Shown here piece after piece: positions 24,433 through 32,826 of a DNA stretch of 64,000 nucleotides. Each line of letters opens with the position of its first letter. Positions within the stretch are counted from its first letter, which is position 1. The notes beneath the pieces were generated by a model. It did no database searches, was not told the origin of the DNA, and saw only the letters and a list, made by a program, of their open reading frames with translations. The stretch is from an uncultured Acidobacteriota bacterium (GTDB lineage: Bacteria; Acidobacteriota; Terriglobia; Acidiferrales; UBA7541): positions 84,472 to 148,471 of the forward strand of contig CAVTOS010000001.1 of NCBI GenBank assembly GCA_963736465.1, given 5' to 3'. A program made the translations under genes and the position numbers.

Positions 24433-25368
24433 ATGGACTCCCATAAGAAAGCCGCGACCGGCGCACCATCGCACCGCATTCGTGTGGGTCTGGCAGGCTG
24501 GTCGTACGACGACTGGAACGGAATCGTTTATCCATCACCGCATCCCCGCGATTTCCACGAAGTCACTTTCCTCGCGCAGTATTTCGATACGATTGAAATC
24601 AACACTTCCTTTTACCAGCCGCTGAAGCCGCAACTCGCCGCGCACTGGATCGGCCTCGCGGCGGACAATCCGCGCTTTGTGTTCACCGCCAAAATGTGGC
24701 AGAAATTCACGCATGAAACCGGCGCCACGGCGGAAGATGAAAAGCTGGTGCGCGCCGGATTCGATCCGCTATTCGACGCGGGTAAGCTCGGTGCCATCCT
24801 GCTGCAGTTCCCTTTTTCATTCCACCATACTTCCGAAACGCTGGTTCGCCTGAAGCATGTGCTTCAAACCTTCCGCGAATATCCGCTGGTCGTCGAGGTT
24901 CGCCATTCGTCCTGGGTGCGACCGGAATTCTACGAACTGCTGCACGAACGCGGCGTCGGCTTCTGCAATATCGATCAGCCCGTGATCGGCAAATCTCTAA
25001 AACCGACGGAGCGAACCACCTCGCCGGTTGGCTATTTCCGGCTGCACGGCCGCCGATACGACACGTGGTTCACCGACGACCCGGAAGTTCCCAGCTTCGA
25101 GCGCTACAACTATCTCTATTCCGAGCAAGAACTGGAGCCTTGGGCCAAGCGCGTCGAGCACGTCGCAAAACACGCCGAGAATACTTTCGTGATTGGTAAC
25201 AACCACTACATAGGAAAAGCCGCCGTCAACGCCCTGCAGCTGATTCACCTGCTTCGAAAAGAAAAGATAAAAGTCCCCGAACCGCTCCGGCAGCATTACC
25301 CACAACTAGATTCAATCGCCAGCGAGCCTCCAAAGCAGCCGTTGCTGTTCCCCCTCGCCCCTCAGTAA
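24433..25368 (+). CDS. DUF72 family protein
   Basis: RVGLAGWSYDDWNGIVYP and FDTIEINTSFY are hallmark DUF72 motifs. I chose ATG 24433 over the long ORF-track start. Confidence 0.8.
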   Translation: MDSHKKAATGAPSHRIRVGLAGWSYDDWNGIVYPSPHPRDFHEVTFLAQYFDTIEINTSFYQPLKPQLAAHWIGLAADNPRFVFTAKMWQKFTHETGATAEDEKLVRAGFDPLFDAGKLGAILLQFPFSFHHTSETLVRLKHVLQTFREYPLVVEVRHSSWVRPEFYELLHERGVGFCNIDQPVIGKSLKPTERTTSPVGYFRLHGRRYDTWFTDDPEVPSFERYNYLYSEQELEPWAKRVEHVAKHAENTFVIGNNHYIGKAAVNALQLIHLLRKEKIKVPEPLRQHYPQLDSIASEPPKQPLLFPLAPQ

Positions 25369-25420
25369 ACCGCGCCACAAAAAGCATTCAACGCAATATC
25401 AGCTGGCGTCGCTTTCAGTG

Positions 25421-25448
25421 GCACAGGCACTCCTGCCTGTGCGCTTTT
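25421..25448 (+). terminator. Rho-independent terminator of the DUF72 gene
   Basis: 9-bp stem GCACAGGCA / TGCCTGTGC with loop CTCC, then GCTTTT. Confidence 0.7.
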
Positions 25449-25539
25449 GCCATGGCAAATGCGCCGCGAACTTGGCTATCACACGCTATCGCACCAGTGA
25501 ACGCAGGTGAACGCAAACAGACACACGTCCACGAATATA

Positions 25540-25560
25540 AAATTCAGCATCTCTGAATTT
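25540..25560 (-). terminator. AT-rich hairpin downstream of the zinc-ribbon gene
   Basis: AAATTCAG-CATCT-CTGAATTT, 30 nt past the stop at 25591. The stem is weak. Confidence 0.3.
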
Positions 25561-25590
25561 AATTTGATCGCTTTGAGTACTTCTCAGAAT

Positions 25591-26064
25591 CTACTTCTTG
25601 AAGAGGTCCTCGAAGGCTTTCCGCGCATCATTAGGGCGCCCTGCGACAGGCGCAGCCGGAGTGCTGGTGGCATATGTAACCGGCGACGTATCCTTCTCCA
25701 CCGTCATGCGAAACTCAAAAAACGTGCAGTCATTCTTCGCCAGCTTGTTCGCGATTCGCTCGGGAATCGGCTGCGTGCACTCAAACTGAGCCGCCGTATC
25801 AAAATGCACGCACTGCTTGCAGGAATGCATCGCCGCCTGGCAGCGCGGACATTCCCCGCTCTGATCGAATCCCGGCGCGAGAACCGCCCCGCAACTCGAG
25901 CAGCGCGCCCTCATCACAGTGCCCACCATTCGCGGCGTTCGCGGCCCCAACATGTCCTGCTTCGGGCGCGGCTGTTGCTGCTCTGCGGGCCGGTCGGCGC
26001 GGTCGCGCTTCTTTTCGCGGGCTTCCGCGTCGCTGTAACCCCTCTGCCTATACTTCCGCTCCAT
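25591..26064 (-). CDS. Zinc-ribbon protein of unknown function
   Basis: GGGAGGA RBS 5 nt before ATG 26064. Cysteine pairs CSSCG...CPRC and CKQC...C. The antisense 220-aa ORF is R-rich junk. Confidence 0.55.
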   Translation of the reverse strand: MERKYRQRGYSDAEAREKKRDRADRPAEQQQPRPKQDMLGPRTPRMVGTVMRARCSSCGAVLAPGFDQSGECPRCQAAMHSCKQCVHFDTAAQFECTQPIPERIANKLAKNDCTFFEFRMTVEKDTSPVTYATSTPAAPVAGRPNDARKAFEDLFKK

Positions 26065-26165
26065 GAAGGTCCTCCCGGGGGATGTCTGATGATACCCCCA
26101 ATGCTCCTGCCCGAATTCCCTTTCACGCAAGACGTGTGGAAAGGTAATCGTTTTCTACAATGGCC

Positions 26166-27671
26166 TTAATTCTTGCCTGACCCGGATCGCCTCGCCCAAA
26201 ACTTGCACAAGCCTTCCGCGGGCAGATCCGGCTGAAGCAACGCTGCCGGCTGGCCAAAATGCGTGAGCGTAGCTTCGGCTGCGAGATATCCGCTGCGCAC
26301 CGCGCCTTCCATCGTCGAGGGCCAGCCCGTTTGAGTCCAATCCCCAGCTAGAAAGAAATTGGAGATCGGCGTCGTTTGCGCCGGCCGCCAGCGGTCCACA
26401 CCGGGCTCTGGCGAAAAAGTCGCGTTCACTTCTTTGATCACCGTGGCCTTCAGCACATACGCTTCGCGCGTGGCAGGCAGCACATCCACCAGTTCGCGGC
26501 GGCAAAGCTCGATAATTTCCGCTCGTGAGCTCGGAACCAGATCGTAAGAAGCGCTGATCACCAGCTGCAAATACTGCCCTTCCTCGCCGCGGCGCCTTTC
26601 GACATGGACCTCTCCCCCGGGCGTTCCTTCGTTATGCCCGGTTGGACGCGCCTTCGAGCCATTCGTTTCGGCTCCGATCGAAAGCAGCGTCCGATTGAAA
26701 ATCCACTGCGTCGTATGGTCGAGTAGCGTCAGAAACGGCTCCGTCATCACCGTGCGATCGAACCAGAAATGCACGCTTGTAATCGGTGACGTTTTGATGT
26801 GCCGCAATCCTTCGAGCGGCGCTCCCGGTTCCGCCATCTCTCTTGGCGTCAGAGTGAGCAGAACGTCGTGCGGCACCGCTGCGATGCACGCATCCGCTTC
26901 CATCTCCGTGCCATCTTCGAGAATCGCACCAGCGAAGCGGTCGCCTTGCACGCACAGGCGGCGTACTCCGCAGCGCAACCGCACTTCGCCTCCGCGCCTC
27001 GCAATGGCCTCCCGGCAGCCCTCGTACAGTTCCGCCAGTGGCACCGAAGGAATTCCAACTCGATATCCGCGCGCGTTGCTCAGAAAGCCCTTCCAGAAAA
27101 CTTCAATTCCATACTTCGCATCCGTGCGCGCCAGTTCTTCATCGAGCGCGCTTACCAGCACCACGCGCCAGAATCGCTCGATCGCTCCCTGCGTCTGCCG
27201 CATCGAGCGCAGCCATTCGAGCATCGTCGAGCCATCCGCGCGCGGCGGATTCCCTCCTGCGCGAGCGATGGCTAACATCGCTTCTGCAATCGAACGCTTG
27301 TCCGCCAGCGTCAGCGCGTCGAACAACAAAAACGATGGCGCCATGTGCAGCGGCGGCGGCAGCGGCGATGCCTGAATTTCCGAACGCCTTCCTTCGCGAT
27401 CGACGAAATACAGCCGGTCGTAAAACCGGATCTTCTCGCTCGCTCCCACACGCCGGTAAAAATCCGCCAAGTTCGTGCAGCAGCCCAGCGTCACGTGCTG
27501 GCAATTGTCCACTTCGCTGCCGTCGGGCAGCGTGTAAGACGTAGCCCGCCCGCCGAGGTGGGGACGCTTCTCGAGCAGTTGAACGCGAAAGCCTGCGTCA
27601 GCCAGCGCGATGGCGGAGGACAGGCCCGCCAGGCCGCCGCCGATTACCAGGACGCTTTGCGAGGGCATCAC
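26166..27671 (-). CDS. hpnE: Hydroxysqualene dehydroxylase (FAD-dependent amine oxidase family)
   Basis: N-terminal Rossmann motif VIGGGLAGLSSAIALADAGFRVQLLEKRPHLGGRA. It lies directly after the squalene synthase-like genes in a hopanoid cluster. Confidence 0.8.
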   Translation of the reverse strand: MMPSQSVLVIGGGLAGLSSAIALADAGFRVQLLEKRPHLGGRATSYTLPDGSEVDNCQHVTLGCCTNLADFYRRVGASEKIRFYDRLYFVDREGRRSEIQASPLPPPLHMAPSFLLFDALTLADKRSIAEAMLAIARAGGNPPRADGSTMLEWLRSMRQTQGAIERFWRVVLVSALDEELARTDAKYGIEVFWKGFLSNARGYRVGIPSVPLAELYEGCREAIARRGGEVRLRCGVRRLCVQGDRFAGAILEDGTEMEADACIAAVPHDVLLTLTPREMAEPGAPLEGLRHIKTSPITSVHFWFDRTVMTEPFLTLLDHTTQWIFNRTLLSIGAETNGSKARPTGHNEGTPGGEVHVERRRGEEGQYLQLVISASYDLVPSSRAEIIELCRRELVDVLPATREAYVLKATVIKEVNATFSPEPGVDRWRPAQTTPISNFFLAGDWTQTGWPSTMEGAVRSGYLAAEATLTHFGQPAALLQPDLPAEGLCKFWARRSGSGKN

Positions 27672-29535
27672 CCTTCCACCAACCGGCCTTCTTTACCGCG
27701 AGGCCTGCTGCGAGGAGATATTGAACTTTTTCCGCGCTCGACAGCGAAACGCGCGAAGTGAACACGTCGAAGTGGCGTTCTTCCATCCGCGCCAGCAAAG
27801 TGCTGTACGTGCGCGCGAGCGCCCACAAAGTGGCGCGGCTGTCAGAATCGATTTGGCCGACGAGCGCGACGCCTTCTTCATAGAAGCGCCAGGCGCGCTC
27901 CGCTTCGAATTCGAGCAGCGCTTGCACACATTGCGTGAGCGGGCCTTGCAAATCGGCCTTGGTGCAGCCGAACCGCTCGAGATCTTCCTGCGGCAGATAG
28001 ACGCGGCCCATTTCGAGGTCGGCTTTCACATCGCGAATAATATTTGTTAGCTGAAATGCGAGGCCCAACCGTTCCGCAAGATCGGGATCGCGTGGATCGC
28101 GAAACCCAAAAACGTGCAGGCAGGTGAGTCCCACGGTTCCCGCCACACGGTAGCAATACTCAGAAAGCTGGTCGAATGTCGCGTAGCTGGCGACCGTTAA
28201 ATCCATTTCCGCACCCAAAATCAAGTCGTGGAAGTAGCGCGTAGGAATATTGAATCGCGCAATCGAATCGGCCAGGGCGGACAGAATCGCGTGGCCGCTC
28301 GTCTCGCCGGCGATGGCTTCATCGAGCATCCCGCGCCACCGCGCCAGCCCGCGCCGTTTCGCTTCAAGGTCGCCCGGCTCATCCGAAACATTGTCGATCA
28401 GCCGCATGAACGCATAGAGCGCAAACAACGCGTTTCGTTTGTCGCGCGGTAGCCCAAAAAATGCGAGATAGAAACTACTATGCGCACCTCGCGCAATCCG
28501 GTTGCATTCAGCGTAAGAATCACTAACTGTGATCGCGCCGTTTCCTGCCACACCTGAGCCTGTCCCGGATGATTCGCGTCGCATCCGCTGCGTTCCCTCG
28601 CAGGCGGCGGCTCGCTCGTCTCGATCCTTCGACGTCGCGCGGCCAGCCAGTGCGCGCGTGAGCAAACGGAGCTGCGTCCATTTCGTTAGCGCAGGCCGAT
28701 AGTTGAGCGTGTCGTATCCCGACGACTCGATCGCATCGAGGATCGCTAAGCCGCCGCGGCTGAACATTTCGATGTCAACGCGAATGGGACCTTCGACGCT
28801 ATCGACCAACGGCATTCCCGCTGCGAATAACTCTCGTGTGCGCGTAATCAAGTCTTTCATCAGGGATACATAGCGCTCGCTGAATCGACGCTCGACAATA
28901 TCCGCTTCCGTCAGCCCGTGCTCCGCGAGCGCTTCCAGCGGAATATAGACGCGTCCTTTTTCAAGGTCGCGCGAGACGTCTTGCCAGAAATTCGCTAGCT
29001 GTAACGCCGTGCAGGTGTAATCGGAGAGCTTCTGCCGCTCGGAGTCGCGATAGTCGCAGAGATACAGCACCAGACGGCCCACCGGGTTCGCCGAATACAC
29101 GCAGTAATCGAGCACGCTGTCCCAGGTGGCGTAGCGCTGCACGCGCTGGTCTTGTCGAAACGCCCGGAGCAGGTCGCTGAACGGCTTCTGCGGAATATCC
29201 TTGGCACGAATCGTTTCACGCATCGCAATCAGCACCGGATGCGACGGGCCGCGCTCGATCGAATAACACAACGCCAACTCTTCTTCCCATGCATCGAGCA
29301 GATCGAGAGCGCGTTGGTGATCCGGAATCTCGTCGCCGAGATCGTCCGACCAGCGGCAGTAAGCATACAGATTGTAAAAATGCGGGTGCAATCGCTTCGG
29401 CAGCAACCACGAGACCACGTTGAAATTCTCGTAGTGATGCGTGGCCAGCCAGCGCGTGTAGCGCTCGGCTTCGGTGGCGCTGCAGCCTTCAGCAGGGAGA
29501 TGGCGCGCGATTTCGAGTTCTGGTGTAGCTAACAC
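27598..29535 (-). CDS. Fused HpnC-HpnD (hydroxysqualene synthase + presqualene diphosphate synthase), two trans-IPPS head-to-head domains
   Basis: Two squalene/phytoene synthase domains in one 645-aa ORF: YAYCRWSDDLGDE...FWQDVSRD, then YAFMRLIDNVSDE...NIIRDVKAD. GTG start. The 3' end overlaps hpnE by 74 nt. Confidence 0.8.
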   Translation of the reverse strand: MLATPELEIARHLPAEGCSATEAERYTRWLATHHYENFNVVSWLLPKRLHPHFYNLYAYCRWSDDLGDEIPDHQRALDLLDAWEEELALCYSIERGPSHPVLIAMRETIRAKDIPQKPFSDLLRAFRQDQRVQRYATWDSVLDYCVYSANPVGRLVLYLCDYRDSERQKLSDYTCTALQLANFWQDVSRDLEKGRVYIPLEALAEHGLTEADIVERRFSERYVSLMKDLITRTRELFAAGMPLVDSVEGPIRVDIEMFSRGGLAILDAIESSGYDTLNYRPALTKWTQLRLLTRALAGRATSKDRDERAAACEGTQRMRRESSGTGSGVAGNGAITVSDSYAECNRIARGAHSSFYLAFFGLPRDKRNALFALYAFMRLIDNVSDEPGDLEAKRRGLARWRGMLDEAIAGETSGHAILSALADSIARFNIPTRYFHDLILGAEMDLTVASYATFDQLSEYCYRVAGTVGLTCLHVFGFRDPRDPDLAERLGLAFQLTNIIRDVKADLEMGRVYLPQEDLERFGCTKADLQGPLTQCVQALLEFEAERAWRFYEEGVALVGQIDSDSRATLWALARTYSTLLARMEERHFDVFTSRVSLSSAEKVQYLLAAGLAVKKAGWWKGDALAKRPGNRRRPGGPVLRHRAG

Positions 29536-29675
29536 GGTAGCTGACGCAGAGAGGTGCTTGCTTGCCTTTCGCTTGTACGTACTGATTCAGAACGAACTCG
29601 CTCTGTTCCCCGTTTTCGAACCAACCAGAGCGCTTGCGGATAAAAATTCGGGCCGCGGTGGCGCGGCAAAATCGC

Positions 29676-30734
29676 TTAAGGAATGATAGCAGTCTTCAAC
29701 TGGCCGTTGCGGTGCTTCATGTGCTCGAACACGGCCGGCAACTCCGCGAGCGGCACTTCCCCGGTGATGAAATCGCTGGCGCGAACTTCCCCGCGCGCGA
29801 TCGTTTCCAGAGCTTCACGCATGAATTGCGGCGTGTGATGGAATGTCGATTTGATGGTGATTTCCGAATAGTGAAGAGCGGCTGGATCGAACTCCACGTG
29901 CGAGCCTCGCGGACAGCCGCCGAAGAGATTTACGGTGCCGCCTTTGCGAGCCATCTGCACAGCCCACTGCCAGGTGGTCGCCGTTCCGACTGCTTCAATT
30001 ACAGCGTCCGCGCCGCGGCAGCCATCGCTCATTTCGCGGACGAGCCTCACCGGATTTTCAATTTCGCTGATATCGAATGCCGCCACCGCGCCCAGGCGTT
30101 CCGCCGCGCGAGTCTGCGATTTTCGCTTGCCCAGCGCAATTACGCCCACCCCGCGCGAGGAAAGCACGCGAACAAATTTCAACCCAATCGGGCCGCAACC
30201 GATCACGACGGCCGTATCACCGCTGCGGATGCCTGTTTCGTGAATGCCCCGCAAGACGCAGGCCAGCGGCTCAGCCATGGCCGCATCCACAAACGAGACG
30301 CCCTCGGGAATCTCGAGCATGTTCTGCCGAACGATTCTGCCGGGGATGCGGATGTATTCGGCATACGCGCCGTTGTTGAAGAGAAGATCTTCGCAGAGAT
30401 TTGGCTGGCCCTTGCGGCAGAAGAAGCACGTGTTGCAGGGCGCCGAATTCGCGGGCAGCACGCGCATGCCTTTGTGAACGCCGCCGTTTACCGAGCGGCC
30501 CTGCTCTTCGATCACGCCTGCCAACTCATGACCAAAAAGCGCGGGCGGCTTGATCATCCGGGCGTGGAAGCCCTGTTTCCAGACTTTCAGATCCGTGCCG
30601 CATGTCAGCGCCACTTCCACACGTACCAGCACTTCGTCATCGGCAACGCGAGGAATATCCACGCGTTCGATCTTTAGGTCTTCCCGGCCGTAGAGCACGG
30701 CCGCGTTCATATGTCCGTTTCTCTCTCGTCTCAT
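29676..30734 (-). CDS. Zinc-dependent medium-chain dehydrogenase/reductase (sorbitol/threonine dehydrogenase-like)
   Basis: Catalytic Zn ligands CGTD...GHELAG and structural Zn cluster CNTCFFCRKGQPNLC. Rossmann motif VIGCGPIG. Confidence 0.8.
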   Translation of the reverse strand: MRRERNGHMNAAVLYGREDLKIERVDIPRVADDEVLVRVEVALTCGTDLKVWKQGFHARMIKPPALFGHELAGVIEEQGRSVNGGVHKGMRVLPANSAPCNTCFFCRKGQPNLCEDLLFNNGAYAEYIRIPGRIVRQNMLEIPEGVSFVDAAMAEPLACVLRGIHETGIRSGDTAVVIGCGPIGLKFVRVLSSRGVGVIALGKRKSQTRAAERLGAVAAFDISEIENPVRLVREMSDGCRGADAVIEAVGTATTWQWAVQMARKGGTVNLFGGCPRGSHVEFDPAALHYSEITIKSTFHHTPQFMREALETIARGEVRASDFITGEVPLAELPAVFEHMKHRNGQLKTAIIP

Positions 30735-31837
30735 TGGTGCGTGATCACTACTTTTAGCGTACCATCCACGGGCCTTGCCGCCAACTCCAGCGCGTCCGCG
30801 ATGCGCTCGAGCGGAAACCGGTGGGAGATCATCTCCCGTATCGGCAAGCGCCGCTCGAACACGAGCGCCGCAGACTCTTCCTGATCGTCTGCCGAAGCGC
30901 TGTAACTTCCCAGGATTTCTTTTTCTTCCACCCCAACGGCAGCGGCAGGAAATTCCAATCGCGTCACCGGGTCGTTATGAGCAAACAATAGCACGCGCCC
31001 GCCTGGCCGTGCGATAGCCAGCGCTTCAGAGACTAATGACGGGTTGGGCACCGCCACCAGGACGGCGTCCGCCCCTCGTCCGGAAGTGCGGCGGCGCATC
31101 TCGTCCAGCAAATTGGCGCTTTTGGGATCGAACGATTCCGCAGCTCCAAAGCGCAGGCTCGCGGCGCGGCGGCCGGGCATCGGGTCGCTCGTGAAAACCT
31201 CAGCGCCTTCATACTTTGCGAGAAGCATCAGCAGCATTCCGATGGGCCCTTGACCGATCACCAGCACAGTTTCGCCGGGCGCGACACGCGCTTTGCGAAC
31301 CGCTTTGAGGCAAGTATTCACAGGCTCGATGAAGGTGGCGTCTTCGAAGATGACGTCGGGAGGCAGCGCGATCATTCCGCGTTCGACGACCCACGGCATC
31401 GCGCGTACGTATTCCGCGAACCCGCCGCCGTTAGGATCGAAGCCGGCTGTGAGACCGGTTTTCTTGTATCCCGCGCACTGCGAGAACAGCTTGCGCTCGC
31501 AGTAGAAGCACGCGCCGCATGGAACATGATGAAAGCTCATCACGCGGTCGCCGGATTTGAATTTCTTCACGCCCGCGCCCACTTTCACCACGGTACCCGC
31601 AAGTTCGTGGCCCAGAATTTGCGGCGGCACGACGTAGCCGTGCTCGATTTTCTTGATGTCCGTGCCACAAATCCCGCACGCGGCGACGCGGAAGAGCACT
31701 TCGCCTTCGCCAATTTCCGGGACGGGGACGGATTCTACGACCACGCGTCCTTTGCCGCGATAGACGCCCGCGCGCATGTGGCCGAGGGAGCCGATTGGCC
31801 TGTGTGCGGGGTCGATTTGGGTGGTTGTGTGGCTCAT
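30731..31837 (-). CDS. Zinc-dependent medium-chain dehydrogenase/reductase (second paralog)
   Basis: CGICGTD...GHELAG, CGACFYCERKLFSQC and VIGQGPIG. ATGA overlap with the downstream MDR gene. Confidence 0.8.
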   Translation of the reverse strand: MSHTTTQIDPAHRPIGSLGHMRAGVYRGKGRVVVESVPVPEIGEGEVLFRVAACGICGTDIKKIEHGYVVPPQILGHELAGTVVKVGAGVKKFKSGDRVMSFHHVPCGACFYCERKLFSQCAGYKKTGLTAGFDPNGGGFAEYVRAMPWVVERGMIALPPDVIFEDATFIEPVNTCLKAVRKARVAPGETVLVIGQGPIGMLLMLLAKYEGAEVFTSDPMPGRRAASLRFGAAESFDPKSANLLDEMRRRTSGRGADAVLVAVPNPSLVSEALAIARPGGRVLLFAHNDPVTRLEFPAAAVGVEEKEILGSYSASADDQEESAALVFERRLPIREMISHRFPLERIADALELAARPVDGTLKVVITHQ

Positions 31838-31851
31838 TTTCCGGTCATCAA

Positions 31852-31966
31852 AATCGCATTTTATTTGCGATTAGAAATTTTTAGGTCCTTTTATTTCAGC
31901 TACTTGACCTCAATTCTAATTCCAGATTTGCGATTAGAAATTTGGCATTGGCCTGCTCTAATCGCA
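31852..31966. promoter_or_regulatory. AT-rich leader with four TGCGATT(A) half-sites upstream of the MDR-MDR-hpnCD-hpnE genes
   Basis: ATTTGCGATTAGAAATTT occurs at 31863-31880 and 31926-31943 (18/18). AATCGCA at 31852-31858 and 31960-31966 is the inverted half-site. The first pair forms AATCGCA-N7-TGCGATT. Confidence 0.45.
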
Positions 31967-31989
31967 ACAATTGTCTCTCGCACCGTTGC

Positions 31990-32751
31990 TCAAACCGACA
32001 GAGCGGCGGCCTTCGCGTTTTCGCTCAGGGGAGGGTTTGTTGCCGAAAGCACAAACGAATCAAGCACCCTCGCCAAGTTTGCGGCCGCCCTCTCGCTATC
32101 GTTTGCTAGCCTAAGCAACCCTCCCACCTTCGAAGGGTGTTTCGCAAGTTGACCGATCACTTTGGGAATACTGACCGCTCCCTGTTCATTGAAAACACGA
32201 CTGAAATCCAACGGCAAATTCGAATCAACCGTGTCACTTACCGACCGAATAGCAATACCGGGGACGCAGCGATCAGCGGCCGCACTCAGAACCCAAAAGC
32301 TCTCCATATCCACAGCGTCCGCATGACTACCAAGCTTTCGCTTCTCTTCAGAATCAGCGACCACGTGATCTGAGGTCAGAAATCGGTCGACCAATTTCGC
32401 TCCCGCAGCAGCAGCGGTCGCAAGCAAATCTGGGTGACCCGGATGCGACTTCGCTCCATTGCCGTCCGTGACGTTCCGGGCCACAAGAGTTTTTGCAAGA
32501 GAATGCTCCGGCCGCAAAGCTCCCGACAAACCGGATACTATGCAGACGTCTGGTAGTTCTTCAAAAGCGATCCCTGCGGCTCGCTGCGCGGCGAACCGGC
32601 CTGCACCAGTGAGGAACACTCGGACGTAGGCTTCTCCAATCTGCTCTCGATAGGAATGGTCCCATTGATCCGTGGTCACGCGCTTGAAACCACGCATCCT
32701 TCGCCAAGGGGCGAATTCGTTTTCGAGGGCGAATGTGACCAGTATCTTCAT
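31990..32751 (-). CDS. hpnG: Hopanoid-associated phosphorylase (adenosylhopane nucleosidase, PNP_UDP_1 family)
   Basis: Nucleoside phosphorylase fold motifs (SGLSGAL, AVDMES), with cluster context between hpnA and the squalene genes. Confidence 0.75.
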   Translation of the reverse strand: MKILVTFALENEFAPWRRMRGFKRVTTDQWDHSYREQIGEAYVRVFLTGAGRFAAQRAAGIAFEELPDVCIVSGLSGALRPEHSLAKTLVARNVTDGNGAKSHPGHPDLLATAAAAGAKLVDRFLTSDHVVADSEEKRKLGSHADAVDMESFWVLSAAADRCVPGIAIRSVSDTVDSNLPLDFSRVFNEQGAVSIPKVIGQLAKHPSKVGGLLRLANDSERAAANLARVLDSFVLSATNPPLSENAKAAALSV

Positions 32752-32826
32752 CGTGGTTCGATCTGTCTATGCGCCAACTTCCTAAACCTGCCGGTCTGAA
32801 GACCGGTGCTACAGGACTGCTAAACT

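Noticed and set aside
25507-26169. 220-aa plus-strand ORF overlapping the zinc-ribbon gene.
   Set aside because: The minus-strand frame has a GGGAGGA RBS, paired Cys motifs and a balanced composition. The plus-strand product is R/L/H-rich junk.
29634-30677. Long antisense ORFs. Examples: 29634..30677, 31250..32152, 33217..34134, 33966..35156, 35072..35830, 38024..38908, 41989..42855, 45083..45664, 45498..46442, 51590..52372, 52568..53520, 60979..61872, and the 5' part of 61926..63416.
   Set aside because: Each lies opposite a gene with clear family motifs. Their translations are Arg/Ala/Gly/His-rich low-information sequence, typical of stop-poor antisense frames in high-GC DNA. I see no RBS or motif support.
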